Positions 1 through 12,198 of a DNA stretch of 59,194 nt are shown one piece after another. Origin of the DNA: Macrostomum lignano. Lineage: Eukaryota. The stretch spans positions 1 to 59,194 of the forward strand of contig NIVC01003558.1 of assembly GCA_002269645.1 (NCBI GenBank), given 5' to 3'. The notes beneath the pieces were generated by a model. It did not search any database, had not been told where the DNA came from, and worked only from the letters and a program-made list of their open reading frames with translations. The translations under genes and the position numbers were made by a program. The first letter of the stretch is position 1. Each line of letters starts with the position of its first letter.

Positions 1-1249
1 GTCTGAGGGGTTGAATAAGGTTGCGAATCAGAGCTCCCAGACAGGGGGGCGGTGGGAGAAGATCGGGCAAATAGGGGAAGAGGGGTCTGGGGAGGGGCTC
101 TCTTTGTCTGGTTGTGGGGGATATGGGAAAAAACTGACAAGGGCTGCGTGTGGTGGAAGTGTGTGGTATGCGAGCGGGGAGCCACCACCGCAGAACACGT
201 GGAAAGGCTAAGGCAGCCAGGGGGTAAAGGGTTATAAAAGTTCGCGGTCTGCCTGCGTCCCCCCCCCCGCAGCGGGCTCTCCAGCTGAATCCAGTAAAAA
301 ACGATGGGGGCATAGGAGAGATCGTGAGGAGGTGGGGGGCATGGGGGTGCAGGCAGCCAATGGGGGCTGTCTGTCTGGGGTGGTGGGTGGTAGAGGGCGG
401 CTGGTCAAGCTAAGGGGTCAAAATTTAAGCCAAAAAAATAAAGCGAGCCCCCCAGGCTAAGGGAGGCTGCAGGAGTGGAGTGGAGGTCAGCGCTGTTTAG
501 TTTGTTTTTGTGATAGCTAATAGCAATTACAGAAGACGGTAAAGTGGCACAGTTAGAGAAGAGAAAGGGGGTGTCAGATGAAGAGTTCGTCCCAAATTAT
601 ATCCATACTGTCGTAGTTAAAGCCAAACAGCCTTCCCCAGTCTGGCAGAGAAGTCCGTCTGAAGTATTGCATATGGCTTCGTACGCAGTGGCTATGGCTA
701 GTGGCTAGAGCCATGCGTTTTTCACCCGCTTATGCCTGGCACATTTTCTCTTTGAGCCCGCATTAGGTTGACTCTCCCCCCCCCCCTAAGACTTACAGTG
801 CCTGCAGCTGCGACCCAATTCCAGGCAGCTATAATAGCCTGAGGCCATAGAACAAGTCCGCTTAAACTTTTCCCGACCTGTCTGTCGTACAGGAGGAGCT
901 GGCCGGGTGGACAGGCACGCCATTATTGCTGTGTTCGTTCTACTGAGGACTATTGTTGCTCCACCATTATTGGTCAAGGGCTTGAAGGCTGTTAGACTGG
1001 GGCGTTCTTTCTGTTCTAACTTTCTAAGAAAGACTTCAACTATGAGTCTATTTACCTGATTATCATTAGGTACGGAGCAAGGACACTTACTTACAGCACA
1101 CGATAACTTAATTGCATGCAAAGTCAAGATTTAACATCAAACAGACTTGCTCACTGGGTGTTGAATATATAGACTAAGTACATGGAGGAGTTGCCTGCTC
1201 CACCTACTAAGTTACTCCCTTCCACTACACTCCTTTTCACGCTTTTATT

Positions 1250-2112
1250 TTCCAATTCATTCCATCATTCCATTCATTTCCACTGCATTCCATTCCACTC
1301 CATTCCATTCACCTCAATTCCATTCCACTCCCTTTCATTCCACTCCACTGCATTCCATTCCACTCCATTCCATTCACCTCAATTCCATTCCACTCCCTTT
1401 CATTCCACTCCACTGCATTCCATTCCACTCCATTCCATTCACCTCAATTCCATTCCACTCCCTTTCATTCCACTCCACTGCATTCCATTCCATTCCACTG
1501 CATTCCATTCCATTCCACTGCATTCCATTCCATTCCACTACATTCCATTCCATTCCACTGCATTCCATTCCATTCCACTGCATTCCATTCCACTCCATTC
1601 CATTCACCTCAATTCCATTCCACTCCACTGCATTTCATTCCACTCCCTTCCATTCCATTCCACTCCATTCCATTCCATTCCACTCCATTCCATTCCATTC
1701 CACTCCATTCCATTCCACTCCCTTCCATTCCACACCATTCCACTCCCCTTCCATTCCACTCCGTTCCATTCCATTGCATTCCATTCCACTCCATTCCACT
1801 CCATTCCATTCCACTCCATTCCACTGCATTCCATTCCACTCCATTCCATTCCACTCCATTCCATTCCACTCCATTCCACTCCATTCCATTCCACTCCATT
1901 CCACTGCATTCCATTCCACTCCATTCCATTCCACTGCATTCCATTCCACTCCCTCCCATTCCATTCCATTCCGCTCCATTGTATTTCATTCCACCCCATT
2001 CCTTTCCATGTTTCATTCCTTTCCATTCCATTCCACCCCATTCCACTTCATTCCATTTCACTCTATTCCGTTCCATGTCTGTTCCATTTTACTCGTAATT
2101 AATCCCATTCAA
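1250..2112. repeat. (CATTC)n / (GGAAT)n pentamer-based simple satellite
   Basis: About 860 bp of degenerate CATTC/CACTC/CACTG pentamers. It explains the spurious HSIPF and MEWNG ORFs. Confidence 0.95.
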
Positions 2113-4087
2113 TTGCAATAGTTTCAATATACTAAAAACGCCGATTAATGATCTAATAACGACCTGCAGTCAGTCCAAAAGACTCCAGGGTCTCGGGCCA
2201 ACCCTCGCTTCATACAGGCTAAGAGCATAGCAGCTCACAGAAGAGCAATAGGAGAGGCAGAAGCACGGATCAGTAGGCCGGCGGCAAAGAGATGATTTAT
2301 ATCAGACTGGCTGCTTCTGAAAATTATTGTTTTTGTGAGCAAACCTCAGCTATAGCCATGCGGGCACAGACAGACAGACAATAATAGCCATATCTGTATA
2401 TGATGCAGTGTGTGACCTCCACAGTTGGCAGAGGCCGCCCAGCCATCATCAGCTCAACCTCTCCCTGCATTGTATTCCGCTTGCTGCCCACCCAGAACCC
2501 GAAGGCCGGTAGAGACAGCGAGTGACCTGCAGCTTGACTGGCCAGACAGAGACAGACAGCAAAAGAGTTTTAGGCCTTGCCTCCTGACCTGGGTAGCCAT
2601 TTTTAGACCAAGCTCAAACTTTTGCTATCTGCTGCTGCCGCGCCTGCGGTGCAGTGCGATTCTCAAGGCGTGGCTTGGGCTTTAAGCTAGTATTCATGGT
2701 GACCCGCGGGCGTTTTGGCTGCACTGCACTGCATTATGCAGTGCGCGGCACTGTGTGCGCCCAGATCGGACAAGGTTAGCAGACAGACAAACAAACGTTT
2801 GGCAGACATAACAGCTCGAGAAGCAGTGGCTGCCTTTGCACTCCAAAGCCTTGCCAATTTTTTCTGGAATTTGCACTGACTGGAGTCATGGATGCAGATG
2901 CATTAACGTCCGATGAGGAAACTAACGCGAGCTTCGAAACAGCTAGCCCCCCCCCCCCCCCCCGACGAAGACCCTGATAGACAAGGCAACGGTCCATAAG
3001 TGCGCGCGTGTACTCCAGGATCAGTGACGAGAAGCACAGCCAATTGTCCTGGATGCACTGGACAGAAGCGAACGTCCGATCGATGTCGCACAATGAATGA
3101 ATGAGGAGTGGCCGAGGAGGTGACAGCAAAGGTCACAACTGTAAAGTGTAGTGGCGGCTGGTACCGCCGTGAGACTAATACAAATAAAGAAATTCTTCAT
3201 CTGGAAACCGAAAGTCCAGGTGAGAGTTTTCATTGTTTGAGAGACTCAGGATTCAATCAACCAATCTTAATAGAACACACCATACCTAATTGCCACTGTC
3301 ATCTCGTAGAAAATGCAAATGCAAATTAAAATAAGATACGAGTAACATAGCGACTCACACTGGCTCTGGCTCGTTTCTAGTTTGGTTCCCGCAGCCTAAA
3401 TTCCAAAGTTCACTCGCAGCGAAATCTTACACTTAAGCAGCAGTCAATATGTCAGAAAACAGTACTTGCTACAGCCTGAATGCTTGCTGCAGATAAGATG
3501 CCCTTGTTGCAGTAGTCCAAGGCTGCCAAGTCTTCCCCCCCCCCCAAAAGAACACGCAACACACACACGGCCAGAAAACATTGAGGCCTCGCTTCACTTT
3601 CAGCTGATGCCCCCATTGTAGGCCATAGGTCAACCGGGGTCACAGCAGTCAGAAAACAGAGTGCAAGATAAGCCACCCTGGCACTCACTCTCTCGCCCTG
3701 TCAAAGTTTATCTCCAGTTTGCCCAGCCAAGACCGACTTACACGGACGGGTGGAGAGAAGAGGGCGTGACCTCCTACTGAACTATTTTTCGATCAGCAAC
3801 TGCTACCAGCACCGCTAGTCAGCTGAGCAATGTTGCGGCCGAGCAAAATAGAGGCAGAAAACTGCTGTGAAATATGAAGATGAAGCAAGGTTAATTAATG
3901 CTGGAAAAGAGCGAGAGTTCGCATGGGTTCTTGACCCACTGAAGAATTGAAATAAATATTGCAAAGGTAAAAGGCCCTATTTTACCTATGTGGCGTAAGA
4001 AAAAAGTTTAATATATCTTTCTGAACTGCACATAGTAGTAAGCATAGGACACACTTATGAATTATTGTTGTATTTTATAACGGTCAA

Positions 4088-5078
4088 AATGATCGAACTG
4101 TCTCTCGTTCCGGTCATGAGGATCGAACTGTCTCTCGAACCGGTCATGAGGATCGAACTGTCTCTCGAACCGGTCATGAGGATCGAACTGTCTCTCGAAC
4201 CGGTCATAAGGATCGAACTGTCTCTCGAACCGGTCATGAGGATCGAGAGACAGTTCGAATCTCGAATATCTCGAATATATCTCGAATATCTCGAATATCT
4301 CGATACCTCGAACCGGTCATAAGGATCGGACTGTCTCAGGAACTGGTCATAAGGATCCGACTGTCTCTTGAACCAGTCATAAGGATCCGACTGTCTCTTG
4401 AACCAGTCATAAGGATCGAACTGTCTCTCGAATTGGTCATAAGGATCGGACTGTCACTCAAACCGGTCATAAGGATTAGACTGTCTCGAATTGGTCATAA
4501 GGATCCGACTGTCTCTCGAACCGGTCATGAGGATCGAGAGACAGTTCGAATCTCGAATATATCTCGAATATCTCGATACCTCGAACCGGTCATAAGGATC
4601 CGACTGTCTCTTGAACCAGTCATAAGGATCGAACTGTCTCTCGAACCGGTCATAAGGATCCGAATGTCTCTCAAACCGGTCATAAGGATCGGACTGTCTC
4701 TCAAACCGGTCATAAGGATTAGACTGTCTCTCGAACCGGTCATAAGGATCCGAATGTCTCTCAAACCGGTCATAAGGATCGGACTGTCTCTCGAACCGGT
4801 CATAAGGATTAGACTGTCTCTCGAACCAGTCATAAGGATCGAACTGTCTCTCGAACCGGTCATAAGGATCCGAATGTCTCTCGAACCGGTCATAAGGATC
4901 CGAATGTCTCTCAAACCGGTCATAAGGATCGGACTGTCTCTCGAACCGGTCATAAGGATCGACCTGTCTCTCGAACCAGTCATAAGGATCGAACTGTCTC
5001 TCGAACCGGTCATAAGGATCGGACTGTCTCTTGAACCGGTCATGAGGATCGGACTGTCTCTTGAACCGGTCATAAGTA
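4088..5078. repeat. 30-bp minisatellite (GAACCGGTCATAAGGATCGAACTGTCTCTC) with two internal inverted segments
   Basis: About 30 units. At 4243-4258 and 4534-4549 the TCGAACTGTCTCTCGA part appears as its reverse complement, followed by TCTCGAATA micro-repeats. Confidence 0.93.
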
Positions 5079-5456
5079 CCGGACAGTCCCGCATGGTCCA
5101 CATATCCAGTAAATAAACTAAACAAAAGCGTACTTTAACCAATGTTAGGCATTCAATGTTGCACTAGACAACAACAACAGGATGTCGCGTAAATTAAGTG
5201 AAGCAAAACTCACGCGATAGCCAGCTGGTTAATCATTCTATTTTGATGTCGGTATTCGAGACAGCAAGGGCGATGGGAGACGGGGAGAAAACCTGACGCC
5301 GCGGCTAGGGAAACAGTTATTACAAGACTTGACGACAAATCAGCCGCATTAACTGCGTGTTACACAAAAGATCGTCAGCAAAAAATGAGACATTGTTAAT
5401 AGCTGAATGGCGAACGAACAAAGAACTCAGTAGTTGCAGATCCCACAGCTGCTGCG

Positions 5457-7372
5457 CTACCAGTAGTTACCGTAGCCGCCCTGGTCGCCGCCCCGACCTC
5501 CGTAACCGCGACCGCCGCCTCCGCCGCCCGTGGCACCGCCGCCGCCTGTTGCCATGCTTGTCACCTGGGCCAGGGCGGCCGCCAGAACCTGCGGATTCGA
5601 GGCCAGGACGTTCACCACATCCTGATAGACCCCGGAGCCGCCAGGCGCGCCGCCCGAACCGATCTGGCCGCCGCCGGGGCCACCGCCGCCGCCGCCGCCG
5701 CCGCCGCCCATTGGCTGCCAGCCACGGCCTCGCGGTGGTCCCATCTGGTGGCCGCCACCCCGGCCGCCTCGCATCTGGCCCAGGCCGCCACCCGAAAAGC
5801 CGAGGCTCCCGCCGTGCTTCGGAATCGCGGTGCCAACGTGGACCGTAGTGCCCTCGATGTCGAAGTCCTGCCCGACCAGGCGATCGACGGTGGTTGAGTC
5901 GGCAAAGGTGACGAAGGCGAAGTTGCGGAACGGCTTGGGGATGTACACTTCCTCCACCGTGCCGTGCTGGTTAAAGAAGTCCTTCAACACCTGGCTGGTC
6001 ATCTCCTCCGTGATGCCGCCGACGAAAACGCGGCGAGGCACGCTGGCCGGGGCGGCCGGCTCGCCCTGGCTGATCGGCACCTTCACCTCGCACCAGCGGT
6101 TCTGGGCGGCAGAGCGGGGAGCAATTTGAGACAAAAAATTGGGGGCGATTCTCAATGGTAGCTGGGTGGAGGGGCAATTCTCAATGGTAGCTGGGGGGGG
6201 GCAATTCTCAATGGTAGCTGGGGGGGGCAATTCTCAATGGTAGCTGGGTGGAGGGGCAATTCTCAATGGTAGCTGGGGGGGGGGCAATTCTCAATGGTAG
6301 CTGGGGGGGGGGCAATTCTCAATGGTAGCTGGGGGGGAATTCTCAATGGTAGCTGGAGGGGGGGCAATTCTCAATGGTAGCTCAGTAGCTGGGGGGGGCA
6401 ATTCTCAATGGTAGCTGGGGGGAATTCTCAATGGTAGCTGGAGGGGGGGCAATTCTCAATGGTAGCTCAGTAGCTGGGGGGGGGCAATTCTCAATGGTAG
6501 CTGGTGGGAGGGGAAATTCTTAATGGTAGCTCAGTAGCTGGGGGGGGGCACTTCTCAATGGTAGCTGGGGGGGGGCAATTCTCAATGGTAGCTGGGGGGC
6601 GCAATTCTCAATGGTAGCTGGGGGGGGGGCAATTCTCAATGGTAGCTGGTGGAGAGGGGCAATTCTCAATGGTAGCTGGGGGGGGCAATTCTCAATGGTA
6701 GCTGGGGGGGGGCAATTCTCAATGGTAGCTGGGGGGGGCAATTCTCATTGGTAGCTGGGGGGGGGCATTCTTAATGGTTGGGGGCGATTTTTCAGCAGGC
6801 CAGGGGCCCAGAAAAAGCAGCAAAGTCCCGCGCAGTCGCACCATTATCTGATGTCTAGGGCAGGTCAGACAGTCGATCTGGGACTCGAACTCGGCAAACC
6901 GAATGAACCCGTAGCCCCGACTGCCGCCCTGCGAGTCCCGCTTGATCTGCGACATGACCAGCTCGCCGAACTTGGAGAAATAGCTCTTCAAATCCTCTTC
7001 GTTGGCTTTGTAAGGCAGGCCGAGCACAATCAGGTCTGTGCACTTTTTCCTGTCCGGCTTCTTCGGCCGGAAGTCGGGCGCGTCGCCGAGTTCCTCGTCC
7101 ACTTTGCGTTTGTTGTCCTTGGGAAAGGTGCACAAGTAGACCACGTTGCCGTTGTGACTCCAGGAGTTGAACTCCGGCGGCGGGTACAGTACACCGTCCG
7201 TGAGGCGCACTGCCCGCATGGCGCTGGTGTCCGGGTTGCGGTAGCGCAGGCCGGTGAGGCCGGGGAACTGCGCGGCCAGGGTGGACAGCAGCAGGACTCC
7301 GCCGGCCTCGGTGGGCACCTCTATCGGGTCGTCGCCCTCGTCCTCAGCAACTGGCACGTATTCGACAGCCAT
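5457..7372 (-). CDS. TARDBP: TAR DNA-binding protein 43 homolog, paralog a (2 coding exons: 7372-6842 and 6101-5457; 391 aa)
   Basis: N-terminal domain MAVEYVPVAEDEGDDPIEVPTEAGGVLLLSTLAAQFPGLTGLRYRNP matches human [55 protein letters not shown]. RRM1 DLIVLGLPYK...RGYGFIRF; RRM2 RVFVG...PKPFRNFAFVTF; Gly-rich tail. A phase-0 GT-AG intron (ATG|GTGCGA ... GCCCAG|AAC) joins HQIM to NRWCEVK, matching human HMIDGRWCDCK. Confidence 0.95.
6140..6790. repeat. Intronic minisatellite (G7-9 CAATTCTCAATGGTAGCT) in the TDP-43a intron
   Basis: About 23-25 units of 25-30 bp with variable G-run length. It fills most of the 740-bp intron. Confidence 0.93.
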
Positions 7373-7502
7373 GGCTGGTGCGATTCACTGCAAAATTGGA
7401 CAATTTCGATGGGGGAATTGCTGCCTGATTACCGCTAGTAACTAAGTGCACCTACATGCCGATACTACATATTTGTCTACTATCTATCTACCAATCGATC
7501 TA

Positions 7503-7860
7503 TGGGGGGCGTAGCTTAGTAGTCAAATGGCGCTCTGATGTGCCAGCGGCCCAGGCTCGATTCTCCAAGTGCAGTCACATTAATTTGGGCTAAGTTGGAA
7601 TCTCGGCTTGGCTCTGCTCGTGCAATCACGCCCTTGAGGACCAACCCCCAAGACACAGTGTACATGGCTAGCCATAAATATAGCCAGGGCCGCTGTACAC
7701 TCCCCTGTGTGAGCCTGTGCGTATGACTGCGTACGCGCGCTTGTGTGCCTGCTCAGGGGAGTCGGCGGAATGGGCAGTAATGCCTCTCGCCGGTTGTGTG
7801 ACAATGTCGCTTAAAGTGCGCCAGGGTGCACACAACCCCCCTGCCTCTAATAATAAAAAT
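7503..7860 (+). mobile_element. Degenerate tRNA-derived SINE
   Basis: tRNA-like head with A-box-like TAGCTTAGTAG and B-box-like GGCTCGATTC, then CACATTAATTTGG (shared with 16641-16730 and 48545-48665). Ends in an A-rich TAATAATAAAAAT tail. Confidence 0.5.
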
Positions 7861-8409
7861 ACCAATATATATACTATCTTATCTGCCTATTATTATATTA
7901 TCTGCCAATTTATCTGCTAACAATGCACCGCCCATCTGCCAATTAATTAACCATGTTTATCTAACCTAACAAGAACCACCAAACACGACAGGCTGTTAAG
8001 CTGAAAATAATAATCATAACTAGTGAAAACAATACAATTATAACTGTTCGCTCGCCATCAGAAATGAAATCACACGGAACTCGCGACTCCCAGCTACAGT
8101 TACCGGAGTAGCCGATGCTCAAATCAGGCAAAACCGCAGTTAACTTACTGAAAACACTGCCGAGCTCTTCAACTCAGAGGTCATCTCAGGTCAAGCGAGA
8201 GATAAACAGCCCTAAAGTTCATCACGACTGGCGTATAAACAAGCACTGGAAACAAATCGATTGAAAATAGCAGAAATATCAACGATAACAACAGCAAGTT
8301 CAGCGCACAAACTGCGGCAAATGTCTACATTGAATGCAAATTGACAAACAATATGAAATGCATGATTAACAAGGCAGTACAGCGTAAATTCTTTCACATC
8401 TTCACTTTT

Positions 8410-8995
8410 AAATCCTCAACCTTCATATTCACCACCCATATCCTCATCTTTCTATCCCCAACCATCAAACCTCAACCTTCATATGCCACACCATCATACC
8501 ACCCATCTTCATATCCCCAAACTTCATATCCCCAACCATCATACCCCCCATCTTTATATCCCCAACCCTTATATCCCCAACCTTCATATCCCCAACCTTC
8601 ATATCCCCCATCTTTATATCCTCAACCTTCATATCCCCAAACTTCATATCCCCAACCATCATACCCCCCATCTTTATATCCCCAACCCTTATATCCCCAA
8701 CCTTCATATCCCCCATCTTTATATCCTCAACCTTCATATCCCCAAACTTTATATCCCCAACCTTCATATCCCCCATCTTTATATCCTCAACCTTCATATC
8801 CCTATATTTATATCCCCAACCTTCATATCCCCATAATAATATCCCCAACCTTCATATCCCCATAATCATATCCCAAACTTTATATCCCCAACCTTCATAT
8901 CCCCATAATCATATCCCTAAACTTTATATGCCCAACCTTCATATCCCCATATTTATATCCCCAACCTTCATATCCCCATATTTATATCCCCAACC
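8410..8995. repeat. 15-bp minisatellite (CCCCAACCTTCATAT)
   Basis: About 38 units. Only 1-2 units remain at the paralogous site (about 17040-17062). It explains the YPQPS and MKVGD ORFs. Confidence 0.93.
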
Positions 8996-9118
8996 TTATT
9001 GTGAAAATTGTCTCATCGGTCAAACAGTGACCCCTCTCAGTTGCTACCCTACCTTCATCATAGCTGCATCGCAGACTCTCAACAATTCCACATAAATCCC
9101 AAACACTAAACACGTACA

Positions 9119-9600
9119 GAAAAGAAACAAATGTTTAACACGCAACGAAAAGTCATTGGCTCACACACAAGCACTAATAAAGTCAAGACAAAGGTCAAAG
9201 GTCAAAAGCTGTCTGCACCCGACGCATCAATCCAAGGCCAGGCTCAACTCAGCTCAAAGTCAGTCCCTGGCGCAGCCGGAGCAACACAGACTGACTGATA
9301 GACACAGATCGGCGCACAGGACTGCGAATTTAATTAAATCAATCTAATCAATCAGCTCATTCCAATGGGATACCTCCAGCAGGCTGGGTGCTCGGGCAGA
9401 TCTTCCTGAGCACCTGGCATCGGGTACAGGGACATCACGTGACCTGGCTCTCGGCCGCCGCTGAGCTGAAATTATGAGCTAATTTGTTTAAGTAAGAATT
9501 CACGTCATTAAAGAATAAAGATTGCTCTTGGTAGACATCTCCTAGCACTGGGACTCTGGTGCATAAAATGGGGATTCGGGTGCTTGAAGTGGGGATTCGG
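9119..9600. other. About 480-bp unique block nearly identical to 17168-17650 (part of the TDP-43 tandem duplication)
   Basis: Only about 4-5 differences by eye. Contains a 14-bp hairpin at 9383-9418. Confidence 0.85.
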
Positions 9601-11872
9601 GTGCTTGAAGTGGGGATTCGGGTGTTTGAAGTGGGGATTCGGGTGCTTGAAGTGGGGATTCGGGTGTTTGAAGTGGGGATTCGGGTGTTTGAAATGGGGA
9701 TTTGGGGTGTTTGAAATGGGGATTTGGGTGTTTGAAATGGGGATTTGAATGTTTGAAATGGGGATTCGGGTGCTTGAAATGGGGATTTGGGGTGTTTGAA
9801 GTGGGGATTTGGGTGTTTAAAATGGGGATTTGGGTGTTTGAAATGGGGATTTGGGTGTTTGAAATGGGGATTGAGATGGTTGAAATGGGGATTTGGGGTG
9901 TTTGAAATGGGGATTGAGATGATTGAAATGGGGATTAGGGTGTTTGAAATGGGGATTTGGGGTGTTTGAAATGGGGATTGAGATGGTTGAAATGGGGATT
10001 TGGGGTGTTTGAAATGGGGATTGAGATGGTTGAAATGGGGATTTGGGTATTTGAAGTGGGGATTGAGATGGTTGAAATGGGGATTTGGGTATTTGAAGTG
10101 GGGATTGAGATGGTTGAAATGGGGATTTGGGGTGTTTGAAATGGGGATTGAGATGGTTGAAATGGGGATTTGGGGTGTTTGAAATGGGGATTGAGATGGT
10201 TGAAATGGGGATTTGGGGTGTTTGAAATGGGGATTTGGGGTGTTTGAAATGGGGATTTGGGTGTTTGAAATGGGGATTAGGGTGTTTGAAATGGGGATTT
10301 GGGGTGTTTGAAATGGGGATTGAGATGGTTGAAATGGGGATTTGGGGTGTTTGAAATGGGGATTGAGATGGTTGAAATGGGGATTTGGGTGTTTGAAATG
10401 GGGATTTGGGGTGTTTGAAATGGGGATTGAGATGGTTGAAATGGGGATTTGGGGTGTTTGAAATGGGGATTGAGATGGTTGAAATGGGGATTTGGGTATT
10501 TGAAGTGGGGATTGAGATGGTTGAAATGGGGATTTGGGTATTTGAAGTGGGGATTGAGATGGTTGAAATGGGGATTTGGGGTGTTTGAAATGGGGATTGA
10601 GATGGTTGAAATGGGGATTTGGGGTGTTTGAAATGGGGATTGAGATGGTTGAAATGGGGATTTGGGGTGTTTGAAATGGGGATTGAGATGGTTGAAATGG
10701 GGATTTGGGGTGTTTGAAATGGGGATTGAGATGGTTGAAATGGGGATTAGGGTGTTTGAAATGGGGATTTGGGGTGTTTGAAATGGGGATTGAGATGGTT
10801 GAAATGGGGATTTGGGGTGTTTGAAATGGGGATTGAGATGGTTGAAATGGGGATTTGGGTATTTGAAGTGGGGATTGAGATGGTTGAAATGGGGATTTGG
10901 GTATTTGAAGTGGGGATTGAGATGGTTGAAATGGGGATTTGGGGTGTTTGAAATGGGGATTGAGATGGTTGAAATGGGGATTTGGGGTGTTTGAAATGGG
11001 GATTGAGATGGTTGAAATGGGGATTTGGGGTGTTTGAAATGGGGATTGAGATGGTTGAAATGGGGATTTGGGGTGTTTGAAATGGGGATTGAGATGGTTG
11101 AAATGGGGATTTGGGGTGTTTGAAATGGGGATTGAGATGGTTGAAATGGGGATTTGGGGTGTTTGAAATGGGGATTGAGATGGTTGAAATGGGGATTTGG
11201 GGTGTTTGAAATGGGGATTTGGGGTGTTTGAAATGGGGATTCGGGTGTTTGAAATGGGGATTTGGGTGTTTGAAATGGGGATTTGGGGTGTTTGAAATGG
11301 GGATTTGGGGTGTTTGAAATGGGGATTTGGGTGTTTGAAATGGGGATTTGGGTGTTTGAAATGGGGATTTGGGGTGTTTGAAATGGGGATTGAGATGGTT
11401 GAAATGGGGATTTGGGTATTTGAAGTGGGGGTTGAGATGGTTGAAATGGGGATTTGGGGTGTTTGAAATGGGGATTGAGATGGTTGAAATGGGGATTTGG
11501 GTATTTGAAGTGGGGGTTGAGATGGTTGAAATGGGGATTTGGGGTGTTTGAAATGGGGATTGAGATGGTTGAAATGGGGATTTGGGTATTTGAAGTGGGG
11601 GTTGAGATGGTTGAAATGGGGATTTGGGGTGTTTGAAATGGGGATTGAGATGGTTGAAATGGGGATTTGGGTATTTGAAGTGGGGGTTGAGATGGTTGAA
11701 ATGGGGATTTGGGGTGTTTGAAATGGGGATTGAGATGGTTGAAATGGGGATTTGGGGTGTTTGAAATGGGGATTGAGATGGTTGAAATGGGGATTGAGAT
11801 GGTTGAAATGGGGATTGAGATGGTTGAAATGGGGATTGAGATGGTTGAAATGGGGATTGAGATGGTTGAAAT
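9570..11872. repeat. G-rich 21/22-bp satellite (GGGATTTGGGGTGTTTGAAATG and GGGATTGAGATGGTTGAAATG) with higher-order units
   Basis: About 2.3 kb. Two monomer types alternate as ~43-bp units, with recurrent ~85-bp variants containing GGGTATTTGAAGTGGGG. Confidence 0.95.
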
Positions 11873-12198
11873 GTACTACACAACAACAACAGGATATCGC
11901 GTAAATTAATTGAAGCAAAACTCACGCGATAGCCAGCTGGTTAATCATTCTATTTGATGTCAGCATTCGGGACAGCAAGGGCGATGGGAGTCGGGGGGGG
12001 GGCACTGTCGCCAGCTTGGACTACAGATTTATTACAAGACTTGACAACAAATCAGTCGCATTGGCTTGGGTAACCAGTTCGACAATTTTGACTGCGTGCT
12101 ACACAAACATCGACAGAGAATTTTGTAATAAAATTGTTAATAGATGGATGACGAACGAACAAAGATTTTCAGTTGTTGCAGATTCCACAGCAGCTGCG

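Noticed and set aside
1-1130. Possible retroelement C-terminal fragment (QYFRRTSLPDWGRLFGFNY on the minus strand; 786-1127 ORF)
   Set aside because: No diagnostic motif recognised; cannot be assigned without a database search.
1250-2112. Human satellite II/III contamination ((GGAAT)n)
   Set aside because: Pentamer repeats arise convergently. The flanks are continuous with non-human invertebrate-like sequence and no HSat2 CATTCGATTC motif was seen.
1182-2121. His/Ser/Pro- and Trp/Asn-rich ORFs
   Set aside because: Artefacts of the CATTC repeat.
4055-5142. 200-227-aa ORFs (EPVIRI, DPYDRF, MTGSRD)
   Set aside because: Translations of a 30-bp minisatellite; they are open in several frames only because the unit is a multiple of 3.
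8341-8865. YPQPS-repeat prolamin/extensin-like ORF
   Set aside because: A 15-bp minisatellite that is nearly absent at the paralogous position; no signal peptide or splice support.
9570-11872. Telomeric repeat (TTGGGG/TTTAGGG-like)
   Set aside because: The units are 21-22 bp with GAAAT interruptions and lie between genes; not a telomere array.
9435-11925. 827-aa and 392-aa minus-strand ORFs (PHFNHLN/QTPQIP repeats)
   Set aside because: They are translations of the C-rich satellite strand, which lacks stops by composition; frames shift with monomer length and there is no domain.
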